This document shows, in pieces, positions 48,932 to 60,834 of a stretch of DNA of 64,000 nt. The stretch lies in NCBI GenBank assembly GCA_035636595.1, contig DASPYU010000023.1, positions 85,846 to 149,845 of the forward strand, in the 5' to 3' direction. The translations under genes were made by a program, and so were the position numbers. The notes beneath the pieces are model-generated. The model saw only the letters and a program-made list of their open reading frames with translations, did not search any database and was not told the origin of the DNA. Each line of letters begins with the position of its first letter. Positions within the stretch are counted from its first letter, which is position 1. Source of the stretch: Thermoplasmata archaeon. GTDB lineage: Archaea; Thermoplasmatota; Thermoplasmata; RBG-16-68-12.

Positions 48932-49846
48932 GTGAGAGAAGTCGAGATCACGACCACGTGTCCGGAGTGCCACGGGGAACACCTCGTTCGGGACTACGAG
49001 CGGGCGGAGATCGTCTGCGAGGATTGCGGCTTGGTCCTCGACGACATGATCATCGACGAAGGCCCCGAATGGCGGGCGTTCGACTCGGAGCAACGCGAGT
49101 CGCGGGAGCGCGCCGGGCCCCCGAGCACGATCATGGCCCACGACAAGGGCCTCTCCACGTCGATCGGCTGGCGGAACAAGGACGCGTACGGGCGGCAGAT
49201 CCCCCACAAGTCGCGCGCCCAGATCTACCGCCTCCGGAAGTGGCAGCACCGCATCCGCACGTCGAAGAGCGGCGAGCGGTCCCTGGCTCAGGGCTTGACG
49301 GAAATCAATACGATGGCCTCCAAGATGGGATTGCCGCGGCACGTACGCGAGAGCGCGGCCGTCCTGTATCGGCGGGCCTCGACGAAGAATCTCGTCCGCG
49401 GGCGGTCGATCGACGAGGTCGTCGCCGCCACGCTATACGCGTCCTGCAGGCAATGCAGCGTCCCCAGGACCCTCGACGAGATCGCGTCGAAGTCGAGCGT
49501 GGACCGCAAGTCGATCGGACGGACGTACCGGACCCTCGTTCGCGAACTCGGCCTGAAGCTCCTGCCGCAGAGCCCTCGGGATTACATCGCCCGGTTCTGC
49601 AACCGGCTCGAGCTCGACATGGACGTCCAGCGGAAGGCGAAGGAGATCCTCGACAAGGTCGAGAAGGACGAACTCGCGTCCGGCGTCGCGCCGAGCGGCG
49701 TGGCGGCCGCGACGATCTACATCGCCGCGATCCTGTCGAACAAGCCGTGCACCCAGAAAGAGGTCGCCGAGGTCGCCGGAGTCACGGAAGTCACGATCCG
49801 GAATCGGTACAAGCGCATCTCCGTCGCCATCGGAATGAACAAGTGA
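48932..49846 (+). CDS. tfb: Transcription initiation factor IIB
   Basis: Zn ribbon CPEC...CEDC, GPEWRAF, two cyclin folds, [12 protein letters not shown]; GTG start after GGAGG. Confidence 0.97.
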   Translation: MREVEITTTCPECHGEHLVRDYERAEIVCEDCGLVLDDMIIDEGPEWRAFDSEQRESRERAGPPSTIMAHDKGLSTSIGWRNKDAYGRQIPHKSRAQIYRLRKWQHRIRTSKSGERSLAQGLTEINTMASKMGLPRHVRESAAVLYRRASTKNLVRGRSIDEVVAATLYASCRQCSVPRTLDEIASKSSVDRKSIGRTYRTLVRELGLKLLPQSPRDYIARFCNRLELDMDVQRKAKEILDKVEKDELASGVAPSGVAAATIYIAAILSNKPCTQKEVAEVAGVTEVTIRNRYKRISVAIGMNK

Positions 49847-49918
49847 GACGCCTCCGGTGCGACCCTCCCGTAAGGTTTAAGGGAGTGCGACCCTTCCGAA
49901 CGTCCTCGCGGTGAGCCG

Positions 49919-50788
49919 TTGGTCTCGGATTCCGTCCAGAAAGGCGACATCGTCTGGCTCGAGTACGACGCCTGGACGGTGAACCCGAACGGCACCCGGA
50001 CCCTCTTCGACACGACCCACGACGAGGTCGCGAAGAAGGAGGCCAAGTTCGACGAGAAGAAGGTGTACATCGAGGTCCCCGTCGTCGTCGGCCGCGGTCG
50101 ACTGTTCGAGGGACTCGAGGCCGCGCTCGTGGAGTCGAAGCTCGGCGAGCAAAAAGAGGTGCTGATCCCTCCTGAGAAAGGCGCGGGGGCCCGGGATCCA
50201 CGTCTCGTCGAACTCCGGACCGAACGAGAGTTCCTGAAGCAGGAGATCAACCCCGACGTCGGGATGGAAGTCTCGATCAGCGGGAAACACGGTGTCGTCA
50301 CGGCCGTGAGCGCGGGCCGCGTCCGCGTGGACTTCAACAACCCGCTCGCCGGCAAGACACTGAAGTATGTTTTCCAAGTGACACGAAAGGCGAAGACCCC
50401 GGAGGAGCGGGTCCGTGCGATCATCGACATGGACTACGGCCTCGGAGAGCAGTTCAAGATCCACCTGAAGGAGGGCGTCGCGGAGGTGCAGCTCCCGGAC
50501 GTCTGCAAGACGGACGAGAAGTGGTTCGTCTCGAAGTTCCGCGTGGTCGCGGATCTGCGCGAGCTCTCCGAGCTGAAGACGATCCGGTTCCTCGAAGAGT
50601 ACGAGAAGAAGGAACCCAAGGCGGAGCCGACGACCGAGGCGAAGGCCGCCGAACCGAAACCGGAACCCGCGGCGGAAACGCCTCCCGAGAAAAAGCCGAG
50701 GCGGAAGGCCACGGCGACGAAAGCCAAGGCGAAGGCCGAGCCGACGAAGGAGACGCGGGCCCGAGAGAAGGAGCCCGAAGAGCTGTAG
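49919..50788 (+). CDS. FKBP-type peptidyl-prolyl isomerase (long archaeal SlyD-like)
   Basis: GDIVWLEY, FDTT, PPEKGAG, VDFNNPLAGKTL; charged tail. Confidence 0.92.
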   Translation: MVSDSVQKGDIVWLEYDAWTVNPNGTRTLFDTTHDEVAKKEAKFDEKKVYIEVPVVVGRGRLFEGLEAALVESKLGEQKEVLIPPEKGAGARDPRLVELRTEREFLKQEINPDVGMEVSISGKHGVVTAVSAGRVRVDFNNPLAGKTLKYVFQVTRKAKTPEERVRAIIDMDYGLGEQFKIHLKEGVAEVQLPDVCKTDEKWFVSKFRVVADLRELSELKTIRFLEEYEKKEPKAEPTTEAKAAEPKPEPAAETPPEKKPRRKATATKAKAKAEPTKETRAREKEPEEL

Positions 50789-50879
50789 ACTCGACAAGGG
50801 CTCTGGCATCGAAGCAAATTCGTATCCGTTTTTCCGCAAGCGCCGAAGGCTTAATGGTCGGTCAAGCCGTCGTCGCCGC

Positions 50880-50954
50880 GCTCGGGTGGCCCAGCATGGA
50901 CAAGGCAGCGACCTCCTAAGTCGCGGATCGTGGGTTCAAATCCCACCCCGAGCG
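50880..50954 (+). tRNA. tRNA-Arg (CCT)
   Basis: Acceptor GCTCGGG/CCCGAGC+G, anticodon arm GCGAC-CTCCTAA-GTCGC, T arm GTGGG-TTCAAAT-CCCAC. Confidence 0.96.
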
Positions 50955-51036
50955 ATCTCTTGTGACCCCATTGCGGCCATTGCAATCAACAAGTATCGTG
51001 GCCGCAATCCGGTCGTGAGACCGGGAGCAGGATCGC

Positions 51037-51906
51037 ATGGCGGAAACGAAGACGATTCTCGTGGCAGGCGTGACGGGACAGCAGGGCGGCTCGGTCGCCA
51101 AGAGCCTGCTCAAGCGGGGCCACCGGGTCGTGGGGCTCACGCGAAATCCTTCGAATTTCCCGGACCTCGAGGCGAAGGGCATCCGGGCCGTCCAGGGCGA
51201 CCTGACCGATGCGGCGTCCCTGGCGGCAGCCCTCCGAGGAGTCGACGGTTTCTTCTTGATGACAACTCCGTTCGGGCCGTACTTCTCCGTCGACACCGAA
51301 ATGGAGATCCGCCAAGGGACGACGGGGATCGATGCGGCGCGGGCCGCGCGCACTCCCCATCTCATCCTCGCTTCCGTTGGTTCCGCGGACGAAGGGACCG
51401 GCATCCCGCATTTCGAATCAAAGGCGAAGGTCGAGCAATATCTGAAGGGGACTGACTTGCGGTACACGATCACGCGCCCCGTGGCGTTCATGGACTCGCT
51501 CATGAGCCCCTGGATGGCGGACGCGATTCGTTCGGGGATCCTGGCGAGGCCGATGCCGCCAACGACGCGCCAGCAGCTCGTGGCCGTGAAGGACATCGGG
51601 GAGATCGTCGCCCGGGCGTTCGATCGACCAGACAAGGCGTCGGGGAAGACCGTCGATCTGGCCGGCGACGAAGTCACGGTGGAAGAACAGGCCCGCAAAC
51701 TCGGCGAACGGCTTGGACACCCGATCCGCTACGTCGAAATTCCGGATGGGCAAGCGATGCAGCAGATGGGCGAAGATCCGATCCGGATGTTCCGTTGGTT
51801 CCGGACGGTCGGATACCACGTGGACATCCCGGCCCTTGAGACGGAGTGGGGATACCGCATGACGCGATTCGACGAATATCTCTCCGCCGCCACCTGGGAA
51901 GGCTGA
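51037..51906 (+). CDS. NmrA/HSCARG-family NAD(P)-binding protein
   Basis: ILVAGVTGQQGGSV, IPHFESK, TITRPVAFM. Confidence 0.92.
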   Translation: MAETKTILVAGVTGQQGGSVAKSLLKRGHRVVGLTRNPSNFPDLEAKGIRAVQGDLTDAASLAAALRGVDGFFLMTTPFGPYFSVDTEMEIRQGTTGIDAARAARTPHLILASVGSADEGTGIPHFESKAKVEQYLKGTDLRYTITRPVAFMDSLMSPWMADAIRSGILARPMPPTTRQQLVAVKDIGEIVARAFDRPDKASGKTVDLAGDEVTVEEQARKLGERLGHPIRYVEIPDGQAMQQMGEDPIRMFRWFRTVGYHVDIPALETEWGYRMTRFDEYLSAATWEG

Positions 51907-51915
51907 GGTCGCGAG

Positions 51916-52917
51916 TCAGCGGCTCGCACCTGATCGATCCGCGTTGCGCTTCAGAAGACGTAGCGCCGCGGTGTGCGGATCCACACGGCGGTCCGCGACC
52001 TCGTCCGCGAGTCGATCGAAGGTGGCTCCCGCGCCCGAGCCCTCGACCTCGCGAGCCAGAAGCCGTTGCGCGTTTTCAAGGATCTCGAGCCGGGCCCGCG
52101 CGACCTCCCGCTTCCGCCGAAGGCCCGACCGATCGAGGAACTCCGCGTGGCGTTGGAGCGCATCCGCGAGCTCATCGATTCCCCGACCCTCGATCGCGGC
52201 CGTCCGGATGATCGGCGGGGTCCATCCGTCCCGTGCTTGCAGCTGGAACTTCAGGTTCGCGACGAGGACGTCATCGTTTCCGAGGTCGACCTTGTTCACC
52301 ACGTACACGTCGCCGATCTCCAAGATTCCAGCCTTCATTGTCTGCACCGCGTCCCCGGTCAGCGGCATCTCGACGACGACGGTCGTGTGCGCGCGGGTTG
52401 CAATCTCGACCTCGCTCTGGCCGGCCCCGACTGTCTCGACGAGGACGTAGTCCATCCCGAGCGCGTCGAGGACCCGCACCGCGTCGAAGGTCGCGAGGGC
52501 GAGGCCGCCGGCGTGGCCGCGCGTCGCCATCGAGCGGATGAACACGCCCGGATCGATCCCGGTGTCCGCCATCCGGATGCGATCGCCCAGGACCGCGCCT
52601 CCCGTGTACGGCGAGGTCGGATCGACCGCGACGACGCCGACCGTCTTCCCCCGGCTCCGGAACGTCCGCACGAGGCGGTTGATGAGGGAGCTTTTCCCGA
52701 CCCCGGGAGGACCCGTGAATCCGACGATGTGCCCCCGACCCGTGTGCGGATGGATCCGTGCGAGGGCCTCCGTCGCCTCCGGCTCGTCGTCCTCGATCAG
52801 CGAGATGAGTTTCCCGGCGGCTCGTTTGTCCCCTTCGAGGAGCGAGTCCACGAGCCCGCGGACCGAACCACGCGGCTTCGCGGCCGACGCTTTCCGCGCC
52901 GCCACGGCCTCACGCAC
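51916..52917 (-). CDS. meaB: MeaB/ArgK GTPase chaperone of B12-dependent mutases
   Basis: [47 protein letters not shown]. Confidence 0.95.
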   Translation of the reverse strand: MREAVAARKASAAKPRGSVRGLVDSLLEGDKRAAGKLISLIEDDEPEATEALARIHPHTGRGHIVGFTGPPGVGKSSLINRLVRTFRSRGKTVGVVAVDPTSPYTGGAVLGDRIRMADTGIDPGVFIRSMATRGHAGGLALATFDAVRVLDALGMDYVLVETVGAGQSEVEIATRAHTTVVVEMPLTGDAVQTMKAGILEIGDVYVVNKVDLGNDDVLVANLKFQLQARDGWTPPIIRTAAIEGRGIDELADALQRHAEFLDRSGLRRKREVARARLEILENAQRLLAREVEGSGAGATFDRLADEVADRRVDPHTAALRLLKRNADRSGASR

Positions 52918-53308
52918 CCTTGCCCGCCTTCTCGAAGAACGCGACGATGTCGCGGAGCGGCGTCCCGGGCCCGAAGATCATCCGGATGCCCGCCTTCTTG
53001 AGTTTCGGCACGTCGTCCTCGGGGATGATGCCGCCGCCCGCGACGACGATGTCCCCCGACTTCCGCTTCCGGAGGAGGCGGACAACCTCGGGGAAGAGCG
53101 TCATGTGCGCGCCGCTGAGGCACGAGAGCCCGATTGCGTCGACGTCCTCCTGGATCGCGGCCTCGACGATGTCCTCTGGCGTCTGCCGCAACCCGGTGTA
53201 GATGACCTCCATCCCCGCGTCGCGCAACGCGCGGGCGACGACCTTCGCGCCGCGGTCGTGGCCGTCGAGGCCCGGCTTCGCGATGAGGACGCGGATCTTC
53301 TTCGGCAT
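52910..53308 (-). CDS. Cobalamin-binding small subunit of acyl-CoA mutase
   Basis: [10 protein letters not shown] (DxHxxG), [14 protein letters not shown]. Confidence 0.96.
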   Translation of the reverse strand: MPKKIRVLIAKPGLDGHDRGAKVVARALRDAGMEVIYTGLRQTPEDIVEAAIQEDVDAIGLSCLSGAHMTLFPEVVRLLRKRKSGDIVVAGGGIIPEDDVPKLKKAGIRMIFGPGTPLRDIVAFFEKAGKGA

Positions 53309-53314
53309 GGGCCC

Positions 53315-54991
<1,677 letters not shown>

Positions 54992-55043
54992 GAAACCCTC
55001 GGGTGGTTTCAAACGGCGGTGCCTATATGATGGTTCCGTCCGT

Positions 55044-55610
55044 CTACTCGGTGACGGTCGACTCGACGATCGTCTTCGCGAGGCCTTGGAACGCGCCCTC
55101 GACGTTCTCGCCCGACTTCGCGGACGTGTAGAGGATCGGACATTCGTACGACCTCAGGATGGAGGACGCCTCCTCGGGCGTGGCCTCCCGCCGGTGCGTG
55201 AGGTCGGTCTTGTTGCCGAGCGCGTAGACCGGAATGGGCCCGACGGAGTCCCGGACGCCGTCGATCCACTTCGTGACGTCGCGGAGGGACGCGACCCGCG
55301 TGACGTCGAATACCGCGAGGACGCCCTTCGCCCCGTGGAAGTACGCATCCTTGAAAAGTTGCAGGAACGTGCGCTTGCCCATGATGTCCAGGATCATCAT
55401 GTCGACCTGGACGGGCCGGCCGCCCATCGATCCAAGTGCGACCGTCTTCTTCGAGACGACCGCACCGAGGGTGCGGATGTAGGACTCGTCGAAGGCCCCG
55501 GACACGAAGCGGTGGATGAGGCTCGTCTTGCCGACGCCCTCTTCCCCGACGAGGCAGATCTTGAACTTGTAGGTCTTCGACTCCGGGTCCACCGAAGGCC
55601 TTCGCAGCAT
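55044..55610 (-). CDS. Rab-like small GTPase
   Basis: [15 protein letters not shown] (G1), T (G2), DIMG (G3), GNKTD (G4), TSAK (G5). Confidence 0.93.
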   Translation of the reverse strand: MLRRPSVDPESKTYKFKICLVGEEGVGKTSLIHRFVSGAFDESYIRTLGAVVSKKTVALGSMGGRPVQVDMMILDIMGKRTFLQLFKDAYFHGAKGVLAVFDVTRVASLRDVTKWIDGVRDSVGPIPVYALGNKTDLTHRREATPEEASSILRSYECPILYTSAKSGENVEGAFQGLAKTIVESTVTE

Positions 55611-55664
55611 CGTGGGCGGAATAGCCGGGAGGGGGGTTATCAAGCCGTCGGGCTGGTTTTCATT

Positions 55665-56138
55665 TTATGAACGGACGGGCTCGAAGCCCTCGACGTCCGC
55701 GATCGTCCCGGCGCGGGATTCACGCGGTCCGAGTCGCGGCCGGACCCGCATGCCCGGGCGCACCGCATCAGGCGGAACGAGGAGCCGGTGCACGAAACCC
55801 CCGCGGATTCCCGGAAACGTCACGAGGGCCCAGACTTGTGGCCGGTCCAGCCTCGAGCCGCCTCGGTCGACGTGGCTGATCGTCGACGCGGCAACCCGGC
55901 CTTCCTTCGGTGCGTCGACGTATTCGGTGATCTCCGAGAAGCAGTCCTCACAAAACATGCGGGGTGGGAGGCAAGTCAACCCGCACGCCGAACACCGCGA
56001 CGCGAGAATCCGGCCCTCGTCGCGCAGCGCGACGAAGAACCGCTCCCCGGCGATGCCGGAGGTGTAGATGTAGTCCGCCTCCATCGTGCCCTCCCACGCG
56101 CGGTACCGCCGAGGGTCCGTCGTGCGCTCGATCGTCAT
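55665..56138 (-). CDS. DUF35 Zn-ribbon/OB-fold protein
   Basis: CSAC...PPRMFCEDC, OB domain, VRPGMRV. Confidence 0.9.
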   Translation of the reverse strand: MTIERTTDPRRYRAWEGTMEADYIYTSGIAGERFFVALRDEGRILASRCSACGLTCLPPRMFCEDCFSEITEYVDAPKEGRVAASTISHVDRGGSRLDRPQVWALVTFPGIRGGFVHRLLVPPDAVRPGMRVRPRLGPRESRAGTIADVEGFEPVRS

Positions 56139-56656
56139 CGCTCCTCCTCCCGGAGCGGGCGGAAGTAGCGGATGTCGAGGACGCTCCCCTTGCGTTCCTC
56201 CGGAGGCTTCCATGCCGCGCGGACACGCATTCCGATGCGGATCTCGTCCTTCGTCATCTCGCCGAAGTAGTGCATCATCCCCATCTTCGGCGACGCGCCG
56301 TCGAGGCTGACGACGCCGACGAGGATCGGGTCTGCGATCCGCTTCGCGTCCGTGTCGAGGTACGAGATCGAGAAGGTCTCGATCGTCCCCGTGTCCCGGA
56401 TGTACGTCCACTCGTCGGTCGGGCGGAAGCAGTCCTCGCAGAACATCCGCGGCGGGAACAGGATCCGATTGCATCCGTGGCACGTACGGGCGATGAGGCG
56501 GCCCGCCCGCAGCTCATCGAGGAATCGCGACATCGCCTCGCCCGCGGACCACGCGTACTTCGCTTCGGGGCGGTAGCGGGTCTGCGTGACCTTGCCCTCG
56601 TACAGGTCGGCGGCACTCAGCTCGACCCCGGGCCACTTCACGATGCGCGCTGTCAT
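56135..56656 (-). CDS. DUF35 Zn-ribbon/OB-fold protein
   Basis: CHGC...PPRMFCEDC, IRIGMRVRAAW. Confidence 0.9.
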   Translation of the reverse strand: MTARIVKWPGVELSAADLYEGKVTQTRYRPEAKYAWSAGEAMSRFLDELRAGRLIARTCHGCNRILFPPRMFCEDCFRPTDEWTYIRDTGTIETFSISYLDTDAKRIADPILVGVVSLDGASPKMGMMHYFGEMTKDEIRIGMRVRAAWKPPEERKGSVLDIRYFRPLREEER

Positions 56657-57816
56657 GCCTTCATCACCACCACGCAGCCGTATTGCATGAGGTCGCCCCA
56701 GGCCTGCGACACCCCGGTGTGGACCTCGTGCGGGATCTGCCGCTTCCCCGCCTGGCCGGTGAGCTGCCAGAAGAGCTCGCCGATCTTCATCCCCATCGTC
56801 GCGGCGATCGGATTGCCGACGCCCATCAAGCCGCCGGAGGGGCACACGGGCAGGGAGCCGTCGCGTTGCGTCACACCCTCGCGGGTGAGGATCGGCGCCT
56901 CGCCTTTCTTCGCGAGCAGCAGGCCCTCCAGGTGATGGAGCTCCTTGTAATCGAACGGATCGTACGGCTCCGCGAAGTCGATCTGGCGGCGCGGCGCGTC
57001 GATCTTCGCCATCTTGTACGCCATCTTCGCGGCGCGCGCGACGTACTCCGGGAAGACGAGGTCGCGGTCCGTCCACATCGTCGAGTCGATGCACCAGCCG
57101 ACGCCGGAGATCCACGCGCGGTCCTTGATCCGCCGCCTGCGAATCGCGTCTTCCGACGCGAGGACGACCGCGCTCGCCCCGTCGCTCGGCGGACTGATGT
57201 CGAGGCGCTGCACGGGCCACGCCATGACCTCGCTCGCGAGGACGTCGTCCACCGTGATGTTCGCGTCCGCGAGCTGCGCGCACGGATGCCCGACGGCGTT
57301 GCGCTTGTTCTTCACCGCGACGCGCGCGATGTCCTCCTTCTTGACGTGATAGACCGTCATGTAGCGGTTCATCTCCATCGCGAAGATCCAGACGAGGTTC
57401 GGCCGCAACGGCCGGTCGAGGATCGGATCCCAGATGTGGCCGAAGACGGACTGGGGATGCGGCTGGCACGAGGACATCTTTTCTTCGTTCACGACCAGCA
57501 CGACGTCCGCGAGGCCCGACGCCACATGCCACCATCCCGCGATCGTGCTGAACACGCCCGTGCCGCCGCCGGTGAAGACGCGGGTGAAGGGCTTGCGATA
57601 CCCGCCACATCCGTCGAGCAGATACTCGCCCTTCATGTGCACGCCATCGAAGGCGTCCGGGGCGGTCCCGTTCACGACCATGTCGACGTCGGCGAGGGTG
57701 AGGCCCGCGGAATCGAGGGCCATCTTCGTGGCTTCGTAGCACATCTCCTTGCCCGTCTCCTGGAGCCGGCGGCGGAAGATCGTCATCCCCGCGCCGATGA
57801 CGCCGACCTTCCTCAT
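56653..57816 (-). CDS. Thiolase-fold protein (SCP2-thiolase-like) lacking the nucleophilic Cys
   Basis: VGVIGAGMT, EKMS, SDGASAVVL, EPYDPF, PSGGLMGVGNP. Confidence 0.88.
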   Translation of the reverse strand: MRKVGVIGAGMTIFRRRLQETGKEMCYEATKMALDSAGLTLADVDMVVNGTAPDAFDGVHMKGEYLLDGCGGYRKPFTRVFTGGGTGVFSTIAGWWHVASGLADVVLVVNEEKMSSCQPHPQSVFGHIWDPILDRPLRPNLVWIFAMEMNRYMTVYHVKKEDIARVAVKNKRNAVGHPCAQLADANITVDDVLASEVMAWPVQRLDISPPSDGASAVVLASEDAIRRRRIKDRAWISGVGWCIDSTMWTDRDLVFPEYVARAAKMAYKMAKIDAPRRQIDFAEPYDPFDYKELHHLEGLLLAKKGEAPILTREGVTQRDGSLPVCPSGGLMGVGNPIAATMGMKIGELFWQLTGQAGKRQIPHEVHTGVSQAWGDLMQYGCVVVMKA

Positions 57817-58964
57817 GCGCCGACCCCCAGGACCGCGACCGCGCCGGTCGCACTCGGGATGAAGCGCCACGCTTGCGCGACGCCGACCCTCGCTCCGTCC
57901 ACTTGGCGGGGCCCGGCATCGCCGCGCAGTTGCAAGGCCGTCTCGGCGGCGCGGTGGAGTCCGGTCGCTTCGAACACGTTGCCGCATCCGAGCGATCCGC
58001 CGGAGACGTTCACGGGGATTTTTCCGTCGGCGGCGTAATCGCCGCGCAGCGTCTTTCGTCCCGCCTCGCCGGACTTCGCGAGCCCGAGCGCCTCGAGGTG
58101 TTGGAGCTCCTTGTACGAAAACCGGTCGTCCACCTCCGCGAGGTCGACCTCGGTCGCGGGCCGCCGCACCTTCGCGAGGCGGTATGCCATCTGGCCCGCG
58201 AGCCGCGCGTACGTCGCCTCGGCCCAATCCCGCGTCTCCAGCGATGGGGAGTCGCTCGCCCACCCGACGCCTCGCACCCAGACGGGATTCGCGTGGAGTC
58301 GCCGCGCCGCGCGATCCGATGCGAGGACGAGGACGACCGAGCCGTCCGCGAAGGGGCTCAGGTCTAGGAATCGGAGCGGATCGAACTGCATCTCCGAGGC
58401 ACTCACGGCGTCGGGTTCGATGTCGGCTCCGTACGCCGCGATCGGATTCTTGAGTGCGTTCCCGCGGTTCTTCGCGACGACCGCGGAAAGCGCCTTTCGC
58501 GTGGTGCGAGTCGCGCGCAGGTACGCGTCCGCCTCCAGGCCCGCAACGACGTAGGGATGCAAACCAAGCGGCTTGTTCCAAATCGGATCGAGGCCATGCT
58601 CGACGATGCCCATCGGTGTGAGGACGTCGGAAATCTTGCTGTGCGCCTCGACGACCGCGACGTCGATCAGCCCCGTGCGAATCTGCATGAACGCGTTCGC
58701 CAGTCCTTGGAGCCCATCGCCGCTGACCGTGCACGTCGGCCGGAGGGCCGCGCCGAGCTGGTCCGGGACGAACTCGTCGAAGATGCCGAATCCTTCGTAG
58801 TAGTCCTCGGCGCACGTCACGAACGAGCCGACGTCGGTGCGAGGATCGATGCCCGCGTCCGCGTAGGCCCGGGTCGCCGCCTCGAACATGAGCTCCTTCC
58901 AGTTGTACTCCGGCGTCGAAGGCCGGAACGCCGTCATGCCGACGCCGATGATCCCCACCCGCAA
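57813..58964 (-). CDS. Thiolase-fold protein, second paralogue
   Basis: TTG start after GGAG; VGIIGVGMT, ADGSVVLVL, EVDDRF, NVSGGSLG. Confidence 0.85.
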   Translation of the reverse strand: MRVGIIGVGMTAFRPSTPEYNWKELMFEAATRAYADAGIDPRTDVGSFVTCAEDYYEGFGIFDEFVPDQLGAALRPTCTVSGDGLQGLANAFMQIRTGLIDVAVVEAHSKISDVLTPMGIVEHGLDPIWNKPLGLHPYVVAGLEADAYLRATRTTRKALSAVVAKNRGNALKNPIAAYGADIEPDAVSASEMQFDPLRFLDLSPFADGSVVLVLASDRAARRLHANPVWVRGVGWASDSPSLETRDWAEATYARLAGQMAYRLAKVRRPATEVDLAEVDDRFSYKELQHLEALGLAKSGEAGRKTLRGDYAADGKIPVNVSGGSLGCGNVFEATGLHRAAETALQLRGDAGPRQVDGARVGVAQAWRFIPSATGAVAVLGVGA

Positions 58965-59078
58965 GGCTCCCGCCGTCCGCCGCGGCAATGGGGCGTCCGG
59001 AGAAAAGACTGTCGGGCCGCGCCCCTCCGGGCAAGGCTTAAGGCCCGCCGCGAGCCTTCGCAGGACGAAGGGTTCCTT

Positions 59079-59654
59079 CTGCCCCTGTACTACTTCGACA
59101 TGGAGACCACGGGCGACGATCCGGGCCAAGACCGGATCGTGACGGTCCAGTACCAAGCCCTCGCGGACGATCTCACGCCCGCCGGCGCGTTCCAGGTGAT
59201 GGCGGAATGGGAGTGGGGCGAGAAGCAGGTCCTCGCGATGGTCCTCGAGAAGGGGATCCTCGAGCCGACGTGGGACTTCGTGCCCGTCGGGAACCGTCTG
59301 CGGTTCGACATCACCTTCCTCATCGAGCGGGCGACCAAGTGGAAACTCATCGAATGGGACCTGGCGAAGCTCAAGTATTACTGGTTCACGAAGCCGTACA
59401 TCGACCTCGCGCCGATCCTGGTCTTCCTGAACCGCGGCGCCCTCGCGGGCTCGAGCCTCCACAACTTTGCGGACAAGGAGAGCGGCGCGCGCATCCCGAA
59501 GATGCACCGCCAAGGCAAGTACGCCGAGATCATCGACTACGTGACGCGGGAGCGGGATGCGGCGGTCGACCTGCTGCGCGAGAGCCGAGAGATCCTCGGT
59601 GCGCTCGGGGACGGCCGCCGGCGCGTCCCGAAAGAAAGCGAGGCGAAGCCCTAA
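59079..59654 (+). CDS. RNase H-like (DEDD-type) 3'-5' exonuclease-fold protein
   Basis: YYFDMETTG, VGNRLRFD, YIDL, YVTRE; no in-frame ATG/GTG/TTG between the promoter and the motif, so CTG at 59079 is assumed. Confidence 0.7.
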   Translation: MPLYYFDMETTGDDPGQDRIVTVQYQALADDLTPAGAFQVMAEWEWGEKQVLAMVLEKGILEPTWDFVPVGNRLRFDITFLIERATKWKLIEWDLAKLKYYWFTKPYIDLAPILVFLNRGALAGSSLHNFADKESGARIPKMHRQGKYAEIIDYVTRERDAAVDLLRESREILGALGDGRRRVPKESEAKP

Positions 59655-59684
59655 GACCGGGGCCGCGTTTCCGAAGGCGGGCAC

Positions 59685-60827
59685 ATGGACTTCGAGATGA
59701 AGCCGGAACACGAGCTGATCCGGCAGACCGTCCGGGACTTCGCCGAGAAGGAGGTCCGCCCCGTCGCGGCGCACGTCGACAAGACCGGCGAATTTCCGAA
59801 GGCGACCGTCGCGAAGATGGCGGGCCTCGGACTCCTCGGCGTCGCGATCCCGGCGGAATACGAGGGCGCGGGCCTCGATGCGCTCGCCCTCGTCATCGGC
59901 ATCGAGGAGATTGCTCGGGTGTGCGGCTCGCATGCGTTGATCATGGCGGCCCACAACTCCCTGTGCACCGGGACGATCTGGCTCGCCGGGACCGAAGAGC
60001 AGAAGCGCAAGTATGTCCCCGACCTCGCGAGCGGACGGAAGATCGGCGCGTGGGCCCTGACGGAACCGACGAGCGGATCCGATGCCGCAGCCATGCGAAC
60101 CGCGGCGAAGCGTACGAAAGATGGATGGGTGCTCAACGGAACGAAGACGTTCTGCACGAACGCGCCCGTCGCAGGGACGTTCGTCATTCACGTGGTCACC
60201 GACGCGGCAAAGGGAAGCCGCGGGATCAGCGCGTTCATCGTCGAGCGAGGGAACCGCGGGCTCTCCATCGGGAAGGTCGAGGACAAACTCGGCGTCCGCG
60301 GAAGCGCGACCTCGCAAGTCATCTTGACGGACTGCCGCGTGCCGAAGGATGCGCTTCTGGGAGAGGAGAACAAGGGATTCGTGAATGCCCTGAGGATCCT
60401 CGACAGCGGACGGATCGGAATCGGATCGATGGCGGTCGGCATCTCACAGGGAGCGTTCGAGGAGTCCGTGAAGTACGCGAAGGACCGCGTGCAGTTCAGC
60501 AGGCCAATCGCGGAACATCAAGCGGTCCAGTTCATGCTCGCGGACATGGCGATGCGGATCGATGCCGCGCGGATTCTGGTGCGGCGGGCTGCGTGGCTTA
60601 AGGACCGAGGGCTTCCGTTCAAGAAAGAGGCCGCTATGGCGAAACTGTACGCGAGCGAGATGTCCTCGTTCGTGACGAACAAAGCGGTCCAGATCCATGG
60701 CGGCTACGGATACATTTCCGACTATCCCGTGGAGCGGATGCTGCGAGACGCGAAGCTCACTGAAATCGGCGAGGGAACGAGCGAAATCCAGCGGATCGTC
60801 ATCGCCCGGGAGCTCCTCGGCAGCTGA
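59685..60827 (+). CDS. Acyl-CoA dehydrogenase (short/branched-chain type)
   Basis: [48 protein letters not shown]. Confidence 0.96.
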   Translation: MDFEMKPEHELIRQTVRDFAEKEVRPVAAHVDKTGEFPKATVAKMAGLGLLGVAIPAEYEGAGLDALALVIGIEEIARVCGSHALIMAAHNSLCTGTIWLAGTEEQKRKYVPDLASGRKIGAWALTEPTSGSDAAAMRTAAKRTKDGWVLNGTKTFCTNAPVAGTFVIHVVTDAAKGSRGISAFIVERGNRGLSIGKVEDKLGVRGSATSQVILTDCRVPKDALLGEENKGFVNALRILDSGRIGIGSMAVGISQGAFEESVKYAKDRVQFSRPIAEHQAVQFMLADMAMRIDAARILVRRAAWLKDRGLPFKKEAAMAKLYASEMSSFVTNKAVQIHGGYGYISDYPVERMLRDAKLTEIGEGTSEIQRIVIARELLGS

Positions 60828-60834
60828 CAGCCAC

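Noticed and set aside
50954-51916. Integrated element at tRNA-Arg
   Set aside because: No duplicated tRNA 3' end and no integrase; only one metabolic/regulatory gene
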